From NCBI GenBank assembly GCA_963807635.1, contig CAWEDJ010000100.1, positions 1 through 45,358 of the forward strand: 45,358 bases of DNA. Reading direction: 5' to 3'. The notes beneath the pieces are model-generated. The model was not told the DNA's origin and searched no databases. It saw only the letters and a list, made by a program, of their open reading frames with translations. Below are positions 9,289-20,976 of the stretch, piece after piece; within the stretch, counting starts at the first letter, position 1, and each line of letters starts with the position of its first letter. The DNA comes from an uncultured cyanobacterium. GTDB lineage: Bacteria; Cyanobacteriota; Cyanobacteriia; Cyanobacteriales; Microcystaceae. The position numbers were made by a program, and so were the translations under genes.

Positions 9289-11016
9289 TTAATATTTACG
9301 CTCCTTCGGTTCAAAGCGGTTAATAACAACAGGCATATAATTTAACTCAATACCTGCGGGAGAATAGTACGCCAAAGTATGTTGCAAAAAGCGTTCATCA
9401 TCGCGATCGCTGAAATCTTCCCGTGCATGGGAACCGCGACTTTCCTGACGATTGAGAGCCGAAGTCAAAATCATTTCTCCGACCACCATAATGCTGCGTA
9501 ACTCTAGGGCTTCAATTAACTCCGTATTCCAGGCGGGGTGTTTATCATCCAGGTAAATTTGCTCGTACTTAGCTTTAATTTCCTGTAATTTTAATAATCC
9601 TGCTTCCATCACTTCCTGGGAACGAAAAACACCGCAATACTCGGTCATACAATCCTGGAATTCCTGACGAACTTCATTGATTCGTAGAGTTCCCGATTGA
9701 TTGATTAAGTGTTGCATCTGTTCCTGGGCTTCCGTTAGGTAGGATTGGGCATCAAAGCTCGGAAGTTTACGATTTTTGACATATTCCGCAATGGTACGAC
9801 CTGTCCGACGACCATAGACCACACATTCCAACAGAGAATTACTGCCCAGACGATTTCCCCCATGCACCGAAACACAGGAACATTCTCCCGCCGAAAAGAA
9901 GCCTTCCGTTAAACTCTCTGCACTGGATCGGACTCGGCCATCGGTATTGACAGGAATACCGCCCATACAGTAGTGAATCGTCGGACGCACGGGCATGGGT
10001 TGCTCAACCGCATCTATTCCCAATAAACGATGGGCTTCTTCCCAACAAAAAGGAATACGGCTCATAATCTTTTCCCGTCCCAGGTGACGCAGATCGAGAT
10101 AGATAAACGGCCCGCCCGCACTGCCATCGAGGTTAACGCCCCGACCTGCCCGAATTTCCCTCGTAATGGCACGGGAAGTAATATCACGGGGAGCTAATTC
10201 CATCCGACTGGGAGCATAGTCTTCCATAAAGCGTTTGCCGTCACTATTAATCAAATAAGCTCCTTCTCCTCGGACAGCTTCTGAAATTAATACACCGACG
10301 GGATACAAACCAGTGGGGTGAAATTGCACAAATTCCATATCTTCTAAGGGAATTCCCGCGATCGCGGCCATCGCTAACCCATCCCCTGTGCAAGCATAAT
10401 CATTAGAAGTGGTGTTATAAACCCGACCGTAGCCCCCTGTAGCGAACATCACGGCCTTGGCTCGGACAATTTCTAAAGCACCATCTTCAATGCGATACAT
10501 CACCAGTCCCTTGGCTTCACCGTCTTCCAACACTAGGCGCATCACATACCATTCGTCATAGATAATGACCCCATTGCGGCGTAGATTATTGACTAATTCG
10601 TGTAAAATTGCGTGGCCCGTTTTATCGGCGGCATAACAGGTGCGGTTGTGGGAATGCCCCCCAAAAGCTCGTTGAGCAATGCGGCCATCCTCTAGACGGG
10701 AAAATAAAACGCCCAGGTGTTCCAAATCGATGATGACATCAGCCGCTTCTTTGGTGAGAATTTCCACCGCATCCTGATCAGCGAGGTAATCCGAACCTTT
10801 CACCGTATCAAAGGCGTGGGCTTCCCAACTATCTTCTGGATCGACATTCTTGAGAGCGGCGGCGATTCCTCCCTGGGCGGCAACGGAATGCGATCGAATC
10901 GGGTGGGTTTTCGCAATTAGAGCAACACTGGTTTCGGGGTTTAGGCGTTTAATTTCTAGGGCGGCACGGCAACCCGCTAATCCACCACCGACAATGACAA
11001 CATCATGTTCTAACAT
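9289..11016 (-). CDS. sdhA: Succinate dehydrogenase/fumarate reductase flavoprotein subunit
   Basis: GGGLAG FAD-binding motif, RSHSVAAQGG covalent-FAD motif, QFHPTG, HGGNRLGSNSL and C-terminal ERKY. Confidence 0.96.
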   Translation of the reverse strand: MLEHDVVIVGGGLAGCRAALEIKRLNPETSVALIAKTHPIRSHSVAAQGGIAAALKNVDPEDSWEAHAFDTVKGSDYLADQDAVEILTKEAADVIIDLEHLGVLFSRLEDGRIAQRAFGGHSHNRTCYAADKTGHAILHELVNNLRRNGVIIYDEWYVMRLVLEDGEAKGLVMYRIEDGALEIVRAKAVMFATGGYGRVYNTTSNDYACTGDGLAMAAIAGIPLEDMEFVQFHPTGLYPVGVLISEAVRGEGAYLINSDGKRFMEDYAPSRMELAPRDITSRAITREIRAGRGVNLDGSAGGPFIYLDLRHLGREKIMSRIPFCWEEAHRLLGIDAVEQPMPVRPTIHYCMGGIPVNTDGRVRSSAESLTEGFFSAGECSCVSVHGGNRLGSNSLLECVVYGRRTGRTIAEYVKNRKLPSFDAQSYLTEAQEQMQHLINQSGTLRINEVRQEFQDCMTEYCGVFRSQEVMEAGLLKLQEIKAKYEQIYLDDKHPAWNTELIEALELRSIMVVGEMILTSALNRQESRGSHAREDFSDRDDERFLQHTLAYYSPAGIELNYMPVVINRFEPKERKY

Positions 11017-11200
11017 CTGGCTTGGGGAATAATTTTCTATGGGCTTTATCTATGGTGACTCTCTAAGAGAAATTAATCAAGTATTGACCGCGATCACATT
11101 TTAGAATGAGAAAAAGTTAAATAGCGATCGCCAAAAACTAGGTAATTTACCGAAAGAAATCGAATCTTATTACCTTAATGTGAATTAATATGAGTTCGAC

Positions 11201-13441
11201 TTAACTGATCGATTGAAAACGACAAAGAGCTTCATGAATAACCTCAATCCGAAAAACCAATTCCTGAAGTTCCGTCGCAACAATATTATAATCTCGTAGA
11301 TATAGATGGGTAATGGTGTTGTGTTGTTGGTTAGCAATTTCAGTTAATCGCTCTTCCTGCCGCTCATGGAGATGGGTAAGGATATCCTGCATGGTCTCAT
11401 TCAGTTCGGGTAAAGGCTGGAGCGGTATAGGATTCTCAAGAGCCTCTACAAATTGCGTGAGAGCCTGGGTTACCTGATTAGTAAAAAGAGCCAGATCGGG
11501 ATGGGGTTCACTGCCCCTATGTTGTTCAAGTTGGGTTAAAAGAACGGTTACGCCTCGACCTAAGCAGGGAAGATAATTGGTAAGCGTAATCGCGGGTTCC
11601 ATTGTGGCAAAGGGAGTGTTGGGATCATCTAGTAATCGTTGGAGGGCGGCCTGCATTTGAGTATTGGTTAAACGGATTTTGTGGCGATTTTGGGTTAGAG
11701 CAATGGCATTATAGGGAGTTTCACCGAGATACACGGCCATAACAGATTGAAAATAAACATTCATGTCATTAATCAATTGGATCAAGGCACTAGAAAAGCG
11801 TAATTCCTCTTTCATTCGTAGGACACTAAAGGACAAAACAAAGGCGATCGCGGCTCCGATCAAAGTTCCGACTAAGCGAGCGGAGATAAAATCTACATTG
11901 CCTGAAGTGGACTGAATCGCGCTTAAAATGACGGCAAAGATAGTGACAAAAAAGACCGCTAAACTATAGTGAAAACGGATCAGAGAAAGAGCGATCGCCA
12001 TTGAACAAACGCCAATAATTTCTAATAACAAAGGGTTATGAACAATAGCCAACAACAAAGAAACGGCTACTAAACCCAAAATAGTTCCAATAATCCGTGA
12101 AAAGAAACGCTGAAAGGTCAAACTAAAGTCGGGTTTAAGCACAATAATTAAAGTCAAACCAATCCAAAGTCCGTGAGGAATATGGGCAAAGGTATAGATC
12201 AACACCCCCAACGCCGATCCTAATCCCAGACGCAGGGCATGACGAAACAGGGGGGATTCTGCATTAAAATTTTCATTGAGGGGTTCCCACCAAGATTTTT
12301 CTGACGGAATCCAGAGTTCTTTTTCGGCGGGAGTACGTTTGAGTTTTTGGGCAGGGTTTTGCCATTGATTGCGGTTATGGAGTTGTTGGGCGGTTTGGCT
12401 GGCGAGGTAAAGTTGTTGTTGTAATTTGTTTAATGAAGTTTTGATCTGTCCAACGGCGGCATAACTGGCGTAATTTTCAATCTCAGTTTCCAGGGTCTTT
12501 TTGTTGGAGGGTTTGCTGTTGCTCAACGGCTTTAATTAATAATTTCAGGCGATCGCAGTCGGGAATCTTAGCCGTTCCTAAAATTAACTGCCCAATGTTA
12601 TCTAGAATGTTGGCAACTTCTTTGTGGACATCCTCAAGCAGAATACTTACCGTTGTCAATTGCGGTAAGGGATAGATACGGATGACTTCCTGAAGGGTGA
12701 TGATCGTCGTCAAAATGCGATCGCTATCCTCAATCAGAACAATTAATAATTCTCGTAATTCACTTTTTCCCCAAAGTCCCACACGGGTATAGGTCAACAA
12801 TCGACGAGATTCCAATAATAATTGGCGTGGCTGAAGGGAGGCAGGACGTTTTTCAGGTTCAAGGGCAGAAAAAGAACTAAAACTTCTAAGATATTGGGCA
12901 AGTCCTCGGAAATTTTGGGCAACAACCTGAAGTAAGGGTTGATTCGGCTGAAGGGCCAGATTCCCAAGGCGACAAAAATCGCCCAGGCTCCTGCTAATAA
13001 AGCCACGAATAATCTTTGTAAAATAGTGTCAATATTCCCCGTCGGCAGATTAACCGCAATCAACAGAGATAATCCGATGACTAGCCCTGCAAATGCTCCA
13101 TTTTCACCATAAACTGTTAAATATCCCGCTAAAAATAGACCCAGAAAAACGACAACAACGGTTAACCCCAGCCAACCACTGACGAAGGAGCCGATCGCGA
13201 TCGCTACCATAATCCCCAGGGTTGAACTGAGCAGGGATTTAGCCCGAATGCTATAAAGTCCGCCCACATCCGCTAATAGCAATAATTGAGCCGACGAGCC
13301 GATATTTAACCCCAATTCTGGCTGACCAACGGCATAACCGATCGCGATCGGAATCGCTAGGGCAAAAAAAGTCCGAATGCCCCTAGCAATTTCAATCTTT
13401 CCCGTCGGATGGAGGAGAAACTCAAACCGTTTGAGTAGCAT
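11201..13441 (-). CDS. FUSC/YccS-family membrane transporter, split by two frameshifts (near 12950 and 12520)
   Basis: Three consecutive overlapping ORFs form N-terminal TM helices, a helical linker and a FUSC core (FRHALRL, LTLIIVLKP, RIIGTILG, ARLVGTLIGA). Confidence 0.8.
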
Positions 13442-13512
13442 AAATGTTGGCTTTTAACCAGTAGGATGGGGTGAATCTTGCTAGTATATAGGGAATTCTC
13501 CCGTCTTCCTAA

Positions 13513-14738
13513 TTAGGGATCAACCCAACGATCATCTGCCTTAATTAAATTGATTAATTCCTCCACCCCTTGATCTTCGGGAACCCGTTTAATTTCGTCC
13601 CGACCCCGATAGAGCGCGATATAACCCGCCTGTTTGCCCACATAGCCATAATCTGCATCGGCCATTTCGCCTGGCCCGTTGACAATACAACCCATCACCG
13701 CAATGTCTAGACCCGTTAAATGTTTGGTCGCTTCACGGACTTTGTGCAACACATCTTCCAGATTAAATAAAGTACGCCCACAGGAAGGACAGGCCACGTA
13801 TTCCACCATTGTTTTCCGCAATCCGAGAGCTTGCAAAATGCTATAGCAAACGGGAATTTCTTTTTCGGGGGCTTCGGTTAAGGAAACGCGAATGGTGTCG
13901 CCAATGCCGTCAGCCAAAAGGGTGGCAATGCCCGCCGTTGATTTGATGCGCCCGTATTCGCCATCGCCCGCTTCGGTTACACCCAAATGGAGGGGATAAT
14001 CCATACCCAATTCATCCATGCGTTTGACCATCAGACGATAGGCCGCCAACATCACAGGAACGCGGGAGGCCTTCATGGAAATAACAATATTATAAAAATC
14101 GAGGGATTCACAGATTTTAATGAATTCTAGGGCAGATTCCACCATTCCCAAAGGAGTATCGCCGTAGGTAAAGAGCATTCTTCCGATAGGGAGCCATGAT
14201 TCACCCCGATCCGCATCGCCTTACCTTGATCTCGCAAAGAAACGACCAACGGCTCTAGGGTTTCGCGGATTTTATCGCCAATTTCTGCAAATTCTGAGGG
14301 ACTAAATTCTTCGCGATCGCTTTTCGGTTTCTCAAAAACATAAAGTCCTGGGTTAATCCGCACCTTATCGACGTGTTTGGCCACTTCGAGGGCGATTTTC
14401 ATACCATTATGGTGAACATCGGCAACTAACGGGACAACTTGATAGGTTTTGGCTAATTTTTCTTTGATTTCTGCTAGAGCTTTAGCATGGGCGATACTGG
14501 GGACGGTCACACGAACAATTTCGCAACCAATTTCGTGTAAACGACGAATTCCTGCTACTGAGCCGTCAATATCGAGGGTATCTTCATTGATCATGGATTG
14601 CACGACCACAGGATTTTGGCCGCCGATGGTCACGTTTCCTACTTTTACGGGACGGGTTTTACGACGATGGATGGTGGTATCAAATTCAGGGGAGGTTTCG
14701 ATGGACGCGATCGCTGTTGGGTTTTCTAGGGTTTGCAT
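13513..14738 (-). CDS. ispG: (E)-4-hydroxy-3-methylbut-2-enyl-diphosphate synthase, frameshifted near 14180
   Basis: [43 protein letters not shown] and [12 protein letters not shown]. One missing A breaks LSERMLFTY. Confidence 0.95.
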
Positions 14739-14882
14739 AGATTTTGCAGAGGGGCAGTTCGGCCTCGCTCACTGTAAATTGATGTAGGTTCGTTTCTATT
14801 TTCGCAAAAAGTGGTCAGGATGGCAGAGCAATGGGTTTGATCTAGCGATAAACTTGGGTCAATGTCATTATCTAATTTTCAG

Positions 14883-16271
14883 TTAAGGCGGGGAATGCTT
14901 GAGGATAGAAAGTCTCTTTTTGATCTGCTGAACTTCTTCTAGTTTTTTTTGTTTTTCGTAGAGATCTAAGGCTCGTTCAAGATCGGCGATCGCCTTTTTT
15001 CGATTATTTAACGCTTGATAAAGAGTCCCTCGATTAAAATAAGCCTCCGCATTATGGGGATTTAATTTGATCGCTTGGCTGTAATCCTTGATCGCGGCGG
15101 GATGATTTTTGAGAAATTCATAGGTAATTCCCCTTTGAAGATAGGAATTATCATCCTTAGGCTCCAAATAAATCCCTTGATTGTGGTCTTTGATTGCCAT
15201 CAAAAAATTACCTAATTCTCGATAAGCAATTCCTCGATTAGTGTAGGCTAAAATAGTTTTAGGCTCCAGAAAAATAGCTTGGGTATAATCTTCGACAGCT
15301 TTTTGAGGGATACCTAATTGTAAATACGCGCCCCCTCGGTTAGTGTAGGCATCGACATTTTTAGGATCTAGAATAATTGCCTGATTATAGTCAGTTATTG
15401 CTCGTTGAAAATCCTCTAAAAATGTATAGGTATCCCCTCGATTAATGTAAAAAAAAGAATTACTCCTATTGAAACGAATTGCCTGATTAAAGTTTTTGAT
15501 CGCCTGTGGAAAGTCTGCTAACTTTTGATAAACCAGACCTCGATTGTTGTAAGCTAAAGCATAACGAGGATCGAGAACAATTGCTTGATCATAATCTGCG
15601 ATCGCCTTTTGATAGTCCTCTAAAACCCAATAAATTACTCCTCGGTTCAGATAAACTAAAGGATTATTGGCATCCAGAATAATCGCTTGATTATAATTTT
15701 CTAACGCTTTGGGAAAGTTCCCTAATGTCCCGTAGGAATTGCCTCGGTTGAAATACGCATTAGCTTGATCGGGATGGGCAAGAATCACGCGATCCAAATC
15801 TGCGATCGCCTTTTCAGGATTGCCTACGGTGTTATAAGTAATCGCTCGATTAAAATAAATCTCAGCATTATCAGGATTCAGACGAATGGCTTCGGTGAAA
15901 TCAGCGATCGCTTTTGCATAATCCCCTTGTTTTAGTTTTTCTAATCCTGCGGCAAAAATATCTTGATCGGCTTGGGCTAATACGGGTAAGACAAAAGAGA
16001 AAAAATAACGTTCTGGAACAATCCCAAAAAGAGTGTTAATTGTGATTAAAATAATTGTAATAGGAACTAACTTTTCCTGAAAAAAATTATTTTTAATGAA
16101 TACTTTATAAAACGGTTTAAAAACTATGCTATCACGGAGCAATTGATGGTTGTTTCGCCTTATTTTCTCATTCCCTAAATAGTCAAATTTTCTATCTTTA
16201 ACAAAATCAATCCTTGAAATGCAAATATTGGGGAGAGTTTTAATTCTAATGAAGTCGTCAATCTTGCTCAT
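14883..16271 (-). CDS. Tetratricopeptide-repeat protein, probably exported; true start uncertain
   Basis: About 10 tandem 34-aa TPRs (AYxNRG...AIxDYxQAIxLxP) following a hydrophobic segment that ends in VLAQA. Confidence 0.9.
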   Translation of the reverse strand: MSKIDDFIRIKTLPNICISRIDFVKDRKFDYLGNEKIRRNNHQLLRDSIVFKPFYKVFIKNNFFQEKLVPITIILITINTLFGIVPERYFFSFVLPVLAQADQDIFAAGLEKLKQGDYAKAIADFTEAIRLNPDNAEIYFNRAITYNTVGNPEKAIADLDRVILAHPDQANAYFNRGNSYGTLGNFPKALENYNQAIILDANNPLVYLNRGVIYWVLEDYQKAIADYDQAIVLDPRYALAYNNRGLVYQKLADFPQAIKNFNQAIRFNRSNSFFYINRGDTYTFLEDFQRAITDYNQAIILDPKNVDAYTNRGGAYLQLGIPQKAVEDYTQAIFLEPKTILAYTNRGIAYRELGNFLMAIKDHNQGIYLEPKDDNSYLQRGITYEFLKNHPAAIKDYSQAIKLNPHNAEAYFNRGTLYQALNNRKKAIADLERALDLYEKQKKLEEVQQIKKRLSILKHSPP

Positions 16272-16308
16272 ACATTACTACTGTATCTTGGTAAAAATTA
16301 ATATACCA

Positions 16309-17379
16309 TTATGTTTGAGCTTTTATGAATTCTGTTAAGCCTTGGAGTAATTTTTGATGATCGGCTTCGGTGCGAACAGCTACCCGAAAAAAGCGATCGC
16401 CGAGTTCAGGAAAACTAAGACAATCCCGAATTAAAAGATGATGATTAATTAAAAGTTGTTTTTGTAAGTGAGAACTAGCAAAATCGGTTTTTACTAAGAT
16501 AAAATTAACGGCTCCTGGGAGGGGCAACAATCCAGCAATAGCGGTTAAGTTTTTCTCTAATTGTGGTTTGGCTGAGTTTAACCAATCCCAGGTTTGTTGT
16601 TGAAAGGCTTGATCTTCAATTCCCGCGATCGCAGCAGCTCGGCAAATATTCACAGGCCAGGGATCGCGCCAAGCTTGCCACCGTTGCAGATAATCAGGAT
16701 GGCCAATTGCATAACCCAAACGTAATCCAGGCAAACTATAAAACTTCGTCAGCGATCGCAGAATAATTAAATTAGGATATTTTTCTACCAAACAAATGAG
16801 ACTTTCTGATTGCGCTGGCGGTAAAAAATCCATAAAGGCTTCATCAATCACCACTAAGGCAAATTGATCCAACAGAGGTAAAATTTCAGATTTTCTAAAA
16901 AGACGACCCGTCGGATTGTGGGGATTATTTAAGAGCAGACCTGTCTGGGAATAATCTGCGGCAGGAATAATTTCAGGTAATAGCTTCTGGGAAAAAATAT
17001 CGAAGGAAATCGCTTTTACCTTTGCCGAAAAAGTCGTTAATGCTCGATGGTAATCTCCAAAAGCGGGAGTTAATACAATAGTTTCTTTTGCTTTAGCTAA
17101 TTCCCGTCCTGCCCAAGTCAGCAACTCCGCCGAACCGTTGCCTGGCAAGATCCAATCCCCAGGAATATCATGAAAATTTGCTAAACGCGATCGCAGAAAA
17201 AAATAATTGGGATCGGGATAATTCCTGAGTTGAACAAAAGCCGCTTGGAGCGCATTAATAACACTAGAAGGCGGCCCCAAGGGATTAATACTCGCTGAAA
17301 AATCTAGCAAAGAAGAAGCTGGACAGCCCGCAATTTCTGCCGCCCAAGCCAAATTTCCGCCATGATTTGGTTGATTCAC
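16309..17379 (-). CDS. cobD: Threonine-phosphate decarboxylase (cobalamin biosynthesis)
   Basis: HGGN, DFSASINPLG, NNPHNPTG, DEAFMDF and the PLP motif SLTKFYSLPGLRLGY. Confidence 0.9.
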   Translation of the reverse strand: MNQPNHGGNLAWAAEIAGCPASSLLDFSASINPLGPPSSVINALQAAFVQLRNYPDPNYFFLRSRLANFHDIPGDWILPGNGSAELLTWAGRELAKAKETIVLTPAFGDYHRALTTFSAKVKAISFDIFSQKLLPEIIPAADYSQTGLLLNNPHNPTGRLFRKSEILPLLDQFALVVIDEAFMDFLPPAQSESLICLVEKYPNLIILRSLTKFYSLPGLRLGYAIGHPDYLQRWQAWRDPWPVNICRAAAIAGIEDQAFQQQTWDWLNSAKPQLEKNLTAIAGLLPLPGAVNFILVKTDFASSHLQKQLLINHHLLIRDCLSFPELGDRFFRVAVRTEADHQKLLQGLTEFIKAQT

Positions 17380-17673
17380 CTAAGCAGGAGTATTTTTATT
17401 CGGTGAAACCTTATCTTTAAATAATTTACCCGCAGAAAAAGCTGGAACTTTGGTGGCGGGAATAATCATTTTTTCGTTGGTTTTAGGATTGCGGCCTTCC
17501 CGTTCTTTCCGTGAGCGTGCTTCAAAGGAACCGAAGCCAACTAGGGTTACCTTATCGCCTTCAGAAACCGCTTCCATAATGGAGTCGATCGCTGCCGTCA
17601 GCACTGCATCAGCCTGCTTTTTGGTAACAGAGGCTTTCTCAGCGACGGTATGAATTAATTCAGCTTTATTCAT
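17380..17673 (-). CDS. hup: DNA-binding protein HU
   Basis: MNKAELI...VTLVGFGSFE...GRNPKT...VPAFSAGKLFK. Confidence 0.96.
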   Translation of the reverse strand: MNKAELIHTVAEKASVTKKQADAVLTAAIDSIMEAVSEGDKVTLVGFGSFEARSRKEREGRNPKTNEKMIIPATKVPAFSAGKLFKDKVSPNKNTPA

Positions 17674-18034
17674 TCGATAATCTCCTTTAGAGTCTCGTTT
17701 TTGATGTTTTTGGGTAAATCTCTCCCGTTGAAACTTCGCCAGGAGGCTTAACTAATCGGTTGATCAGACTAGATTTATGCGGGTTAATCGCTAGAATCCT
17801 GATAGACTAGCTATTTCAATGATTTATTCTAAGGGGTAATTGCCAAATTTGGATCAAATAAATGATGAATTTATAGAGATTTTTTCGGATTTATTTATAT
17901 TTTGTTACCTGATGCCCAATATTTAAGAAAAGTTCCCCCCTTATTTTGACTCAGATTTTTCTGTTTAAATGGGTTAAAAGTCTTTCTCCATCGATATTTG
18001 AGCCTTTACTGATCAACTCTATCCCCTCAAAATG

Positions 18035-18661
18035 TTACAAACTCAGCCAAGTAATTGCCTGACGAATCCAATCTTCGACATTAGGATTTTTTTGTAAAGT
18101 TGTATCTTGACCCAGAGCCGCGATCGCCCGATTAATCTCAGCTTGGGTATAACCGAGGGCCAAAAGGGTCATTTCCACATCATTAATAATACCTGAATCG
18201 GGGAGATTCGTTGTCTGGGGCAGTCCCGATACTTGCCGCCATTGCGCTAATTTTGTTTTCAGTTCGAGGGCAATGCGTTCTGCGGTTTTTTTGCCGACTC
18301 CTGGGGTTTTGCTCAATTGTTCAATATTCCCCATGACGATCGCCTGTACCAAGCCCTCTAGCCCCAGGGTATCCATCAGCGCGATCGCTAACTGAGTCCC
18401 AATGCCACTGACGCTAATCAGTTGAGCAAACAAATCCCGTTCAGCAGGAGCGACAAAACCAAAAAGTTGTTGTTGATCTTCTCGGACATAAAAATGGGTA
18501 AAAATTTGCAGCGTTTCCTGCTCGTCGGACATCAACGCTTGAGCAAAGCTAATCGGAATCTGGATTTCATAGCCCGTTTGATTCACCTCTAGGATGAGCA
18601 TCATTCGATTCTGAAAATTTTTACCAACGGAAACAAATTGCCCTTTGAGATAATTGATCAT
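18035..18661 (-). CDS. ruvA: Holliday junction branch migration protein RuvA
   Basis: VREDQQQLFGF, LISVSGIG and TPGVGKKTAERIALELK. Confidence 0.96.
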   Translation of the reverse strand: MINYLKGQFVSVGKNFQNRMMLILEVNQTGYEIQIPISFAQALMSDEQETLQIFTHFYVREDQQQLFGFVAPAERDLFAQLISVSGIGTQLAIALMDTLGLEGLVQAIVMGNIEQLSKTPGVGKKTAERIALELKTKLAQWRQVSGLPQTTNLPDSGIINDVEMTLLALGYTQAEINRAIAALGQDTTLQKNPNVEDWIRQAITWLSL

Positions 18662-18691
18662 GTTTTAGTGCAAGTCAAGTTTGCTACTTTT

Positions 18692-18756
18692 GGGCGTAAG
18701 CCTTGCGCCCCTACGATTCCCTAAAAACCTTATGTAGGGGCGAATTGCGTCCGCCC
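18692..18756. repeat. Oppositely oriented pair of GTAG-family REP palindromes
   Basis: GGGCGTAAGCCTTGCGCCCCTAC (18692-18714) and GTAGGGGCGAATTGCGTCCGCCC (18734-18756). Each has a GTAG head and a GGGCG...CGCCC stem. Confidence 0.75.
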
Positions 18757-18815
18757 TTGGACTAGATAAGATGAATCTATAACCCTAATTCCCAGAGAAC
18801 CCGCGTTTTGAATGA

Positions 18816-19819
18816 TTAACAGCTTAGTCCTAGCATAGTTTTTCGCCCGTGAGGTTCTAACAAATTCGATAAATCTGGCCCATCGGCACAATTCCTCCTG
18901 GATTGACAGGAAAAAGATTGCCATAATAATCTTGCTTAACTTGTTCTAGATTACAGGTTTGAGCGACTCCTGGCAGTTGATAAATATCTCGCAAATAAGC
19001 TCCCAAATTTTGATAATCCTGAATGCGGCGGATATTACACTTAAATAAACCGTAATAGACAACATCAAAGCGAAAAAGAGTGGTAAATAGACGCACATCC
19101 GCCAAGGTTACCTGATTTCCACAGAGGTAGCGATCGCGACTTAACACTTGATCAATTTCATCCAAAGTCACAAAAAGAGCTTGGCAGGCTTGTTCATAGG
19201 CCAATTGCGTTTGGGCAAAACCGCAACGATAAACGCCATTATTCACCGTTTGATAGATTTTTTCGTTCCAGTGGTCAATTTTTTCCCTTAAAGCTTCGGG
19301 ATAAAGATCAAGCTCAGGATGGGTCGCCCATTCATTAAATTCACTATTTAACATAACAATAATTTCTGCACTCTCATTGTTGACGATCGCCTTCTTTTTT
19401 TCGTCCCACAATACAGGAACCGTTGACCGACCCGCGTAACCTGGTTTTGCTAAAGCATAAAGTTCAGGTAAATTGCTACAATTTTCTTCACTGTCAGCCA
19501 TTACCCAAATTCCCGACTCTGCTGATGGAATCACCACAGAAACCGCGATCGCCTGTTCTAACCCCTTTAAGGCACGAACTACCAACGTACGATGCGCCCA
19601 GGGACAGCCCAATCCCACATAGAGACGATAACGCCCTTTTTCGGGTTGATAAGAATTATCGGGGTCTGTTCCCACAAAATTTCTAAACTCACTTTGAGGA
19701 CGAATATACTCACCTGACACATTGCGAGGAGCCAATTTCGACATCATTTGATGCCAAATCGTTGTCCAGACCCATTTTCCGAAACGAATAATAAATTTAG
19801 AGGGAAGAGCTTTTGACAT
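18816..19819 (-). CDS. Glutathionyl-hydroquinone reductase (omega/xi-class GST), with a probable frameshift near 18878
   Basis: CPWAHR active site, TVPVLWD, NNESAEI and NNGVYRCGFA. Adding one C restores the expected tail GPDLSNLLEPHGR... with a stop at 18816; the ORF track ends at 18857. Confidence 0.88.
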
Positions 19820-19908
19820 GGATATTTTAGGTATCTAAAAATACTTTTTGGGTTGTAAAAATCCTTAATGATAAAAAAGTGTCCTGGAGCTTTTTTCAGA
19901 AAAATTAT

Positions 19909-19960
19909 CTTAATCAAAGCTTAAACTAAAATAGCTTCCTTCTTGACTAACATTTAATTT
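19909..19960 (+). promoter_or_regulatory. Putative Pho box (SphR-type) array upstream of phoU
   Basis: CTTAATCA (19909), CTTAAACT (19920), CTTGACTA (19942) and TTTAATTT (19953) are all in 11-bp phase and resemble YTTAAYYW. The background is AT-rich. Confidence 0.4.
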
Positions 19961-20034
19961 TTCTAGCCAAATCCCAGTTTTTTAACTAAGATTATTATCA
20001 ATAATATCTTCATTATAATTAACCTTTTAAAACC

Positions 20035-20703
20035 GTGAGTTTATCCAGTCAAATTAACCATCCCGAACGCACTTATTTCGAGCGATCGCTCAAGCGTCTA
20101 GAGCAAGATATCCTCCGCATGGGGACTTCAGTCGAAGAATCCTTCCGCCTGAGTCATCAAGCCCTGTTCGAGCGAAATTTAGAAATTGCCCAAAAAATCC
20201 CCGAACTAGATAAGCAAATTGATCTGTACTATCGTCAAATTGAGCAAGAATGCGCGACTTTTTTGACCTTACAAGCTCCTGTTGCCCAGGATTTACGGTT
20301 ATTAAGTGCTTTTATGCAGCTTGTCAGAGATTTAGAGCGAATTGGGGATTACGCCGAAGATATCGCGGAAATTGCCATTAAATTATTTACCTATCCACCC
20401 CAGGACTGTATGACAGAAATTGCCGCCATGTCTCGTCATGCCCAATTGATGTTAGCCACCAGTTTAGTTGCTTTGACCGAATTAGACCGAGACGCGGGGC
20501 CAAAAGTGAAACACCTAGACGACACGGTGGATGATGCCTACGCCCATCTTTATCAAATTCTGGCTTTTCAACAAGACATTAAAGGCGTAGTAGAGCCGAC
20601 CGTCCTCTTGGTTCTAGTCATTCGACACCTAGAACGGATGGCCGACCACGCGACAAACATCGCTCAACGGGTTTCCTACATTGTTACAGGAGAACGAAAT
20701 TGA
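20035..20703 (+). CDS. phoU: Phosphate signalling complex protein PhoU (SphU)
   Basis: QAPVAQDLR, DLERIGDYA and HLERMADHATNIA. Confidence 0.96.
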   Translation: MSLSSQINHPERTYFERSLKRLEQDILRMGTSVEESFRLSHQALFERNLEIAQKIPELDKQIDLYYRQIEQECATFLTLQAPVAQDLRLLSAFMQLVRDLERIGDYAEDIAEIAIKLFTYPPQDCMTEIAAMSRHAQLMLATSLVALTELDRDAGPKVKHLDDTVDDAYAHLYQILAFQQDIKGVVEPTVLLVLVIRHLERMADHATNIAQRVSYIVTGERN

Positions 20704-20797
20704 CCCTAACTCGTTGTAATTATGCAAAAAAATCATGTCTTGTCTATCTAAGGCGCATAAAAATCGAAAAGTCGTGTATCGCAGATCACAAAAAAAC

Positions 20798-20825
20798 TTG
20801 AAAAATATTTATGAGAGTCTATAAT
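20798..20825 (+). promoter_or_regulatory. Sigma70-type promoter candidate for the porin gene
   Basis: TTGAAA-N16-TATAAT about 150 bp upstream of the start codon. Confidence 0.5.
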
Positions 20826-20976
20826 GTGAAGAATCTATACACAAATATTTTTCTATAGATAAGCTTGTATGTAGTTCAGTGCGTGAAAAATCAACGGAAT
20901 TACTAAGTCTCTAGCTTTGCTAGGCTGGTTTTTCGTCAATTTATTTTAGTGGTTTAGGTGTGAGGCACTAGTGACA

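Noticed and set aside
9289..11016. sdhA without sdhB/C as an anomaly
   Set aside because: Dispersed sdh genes are normal in cyanobacteria.
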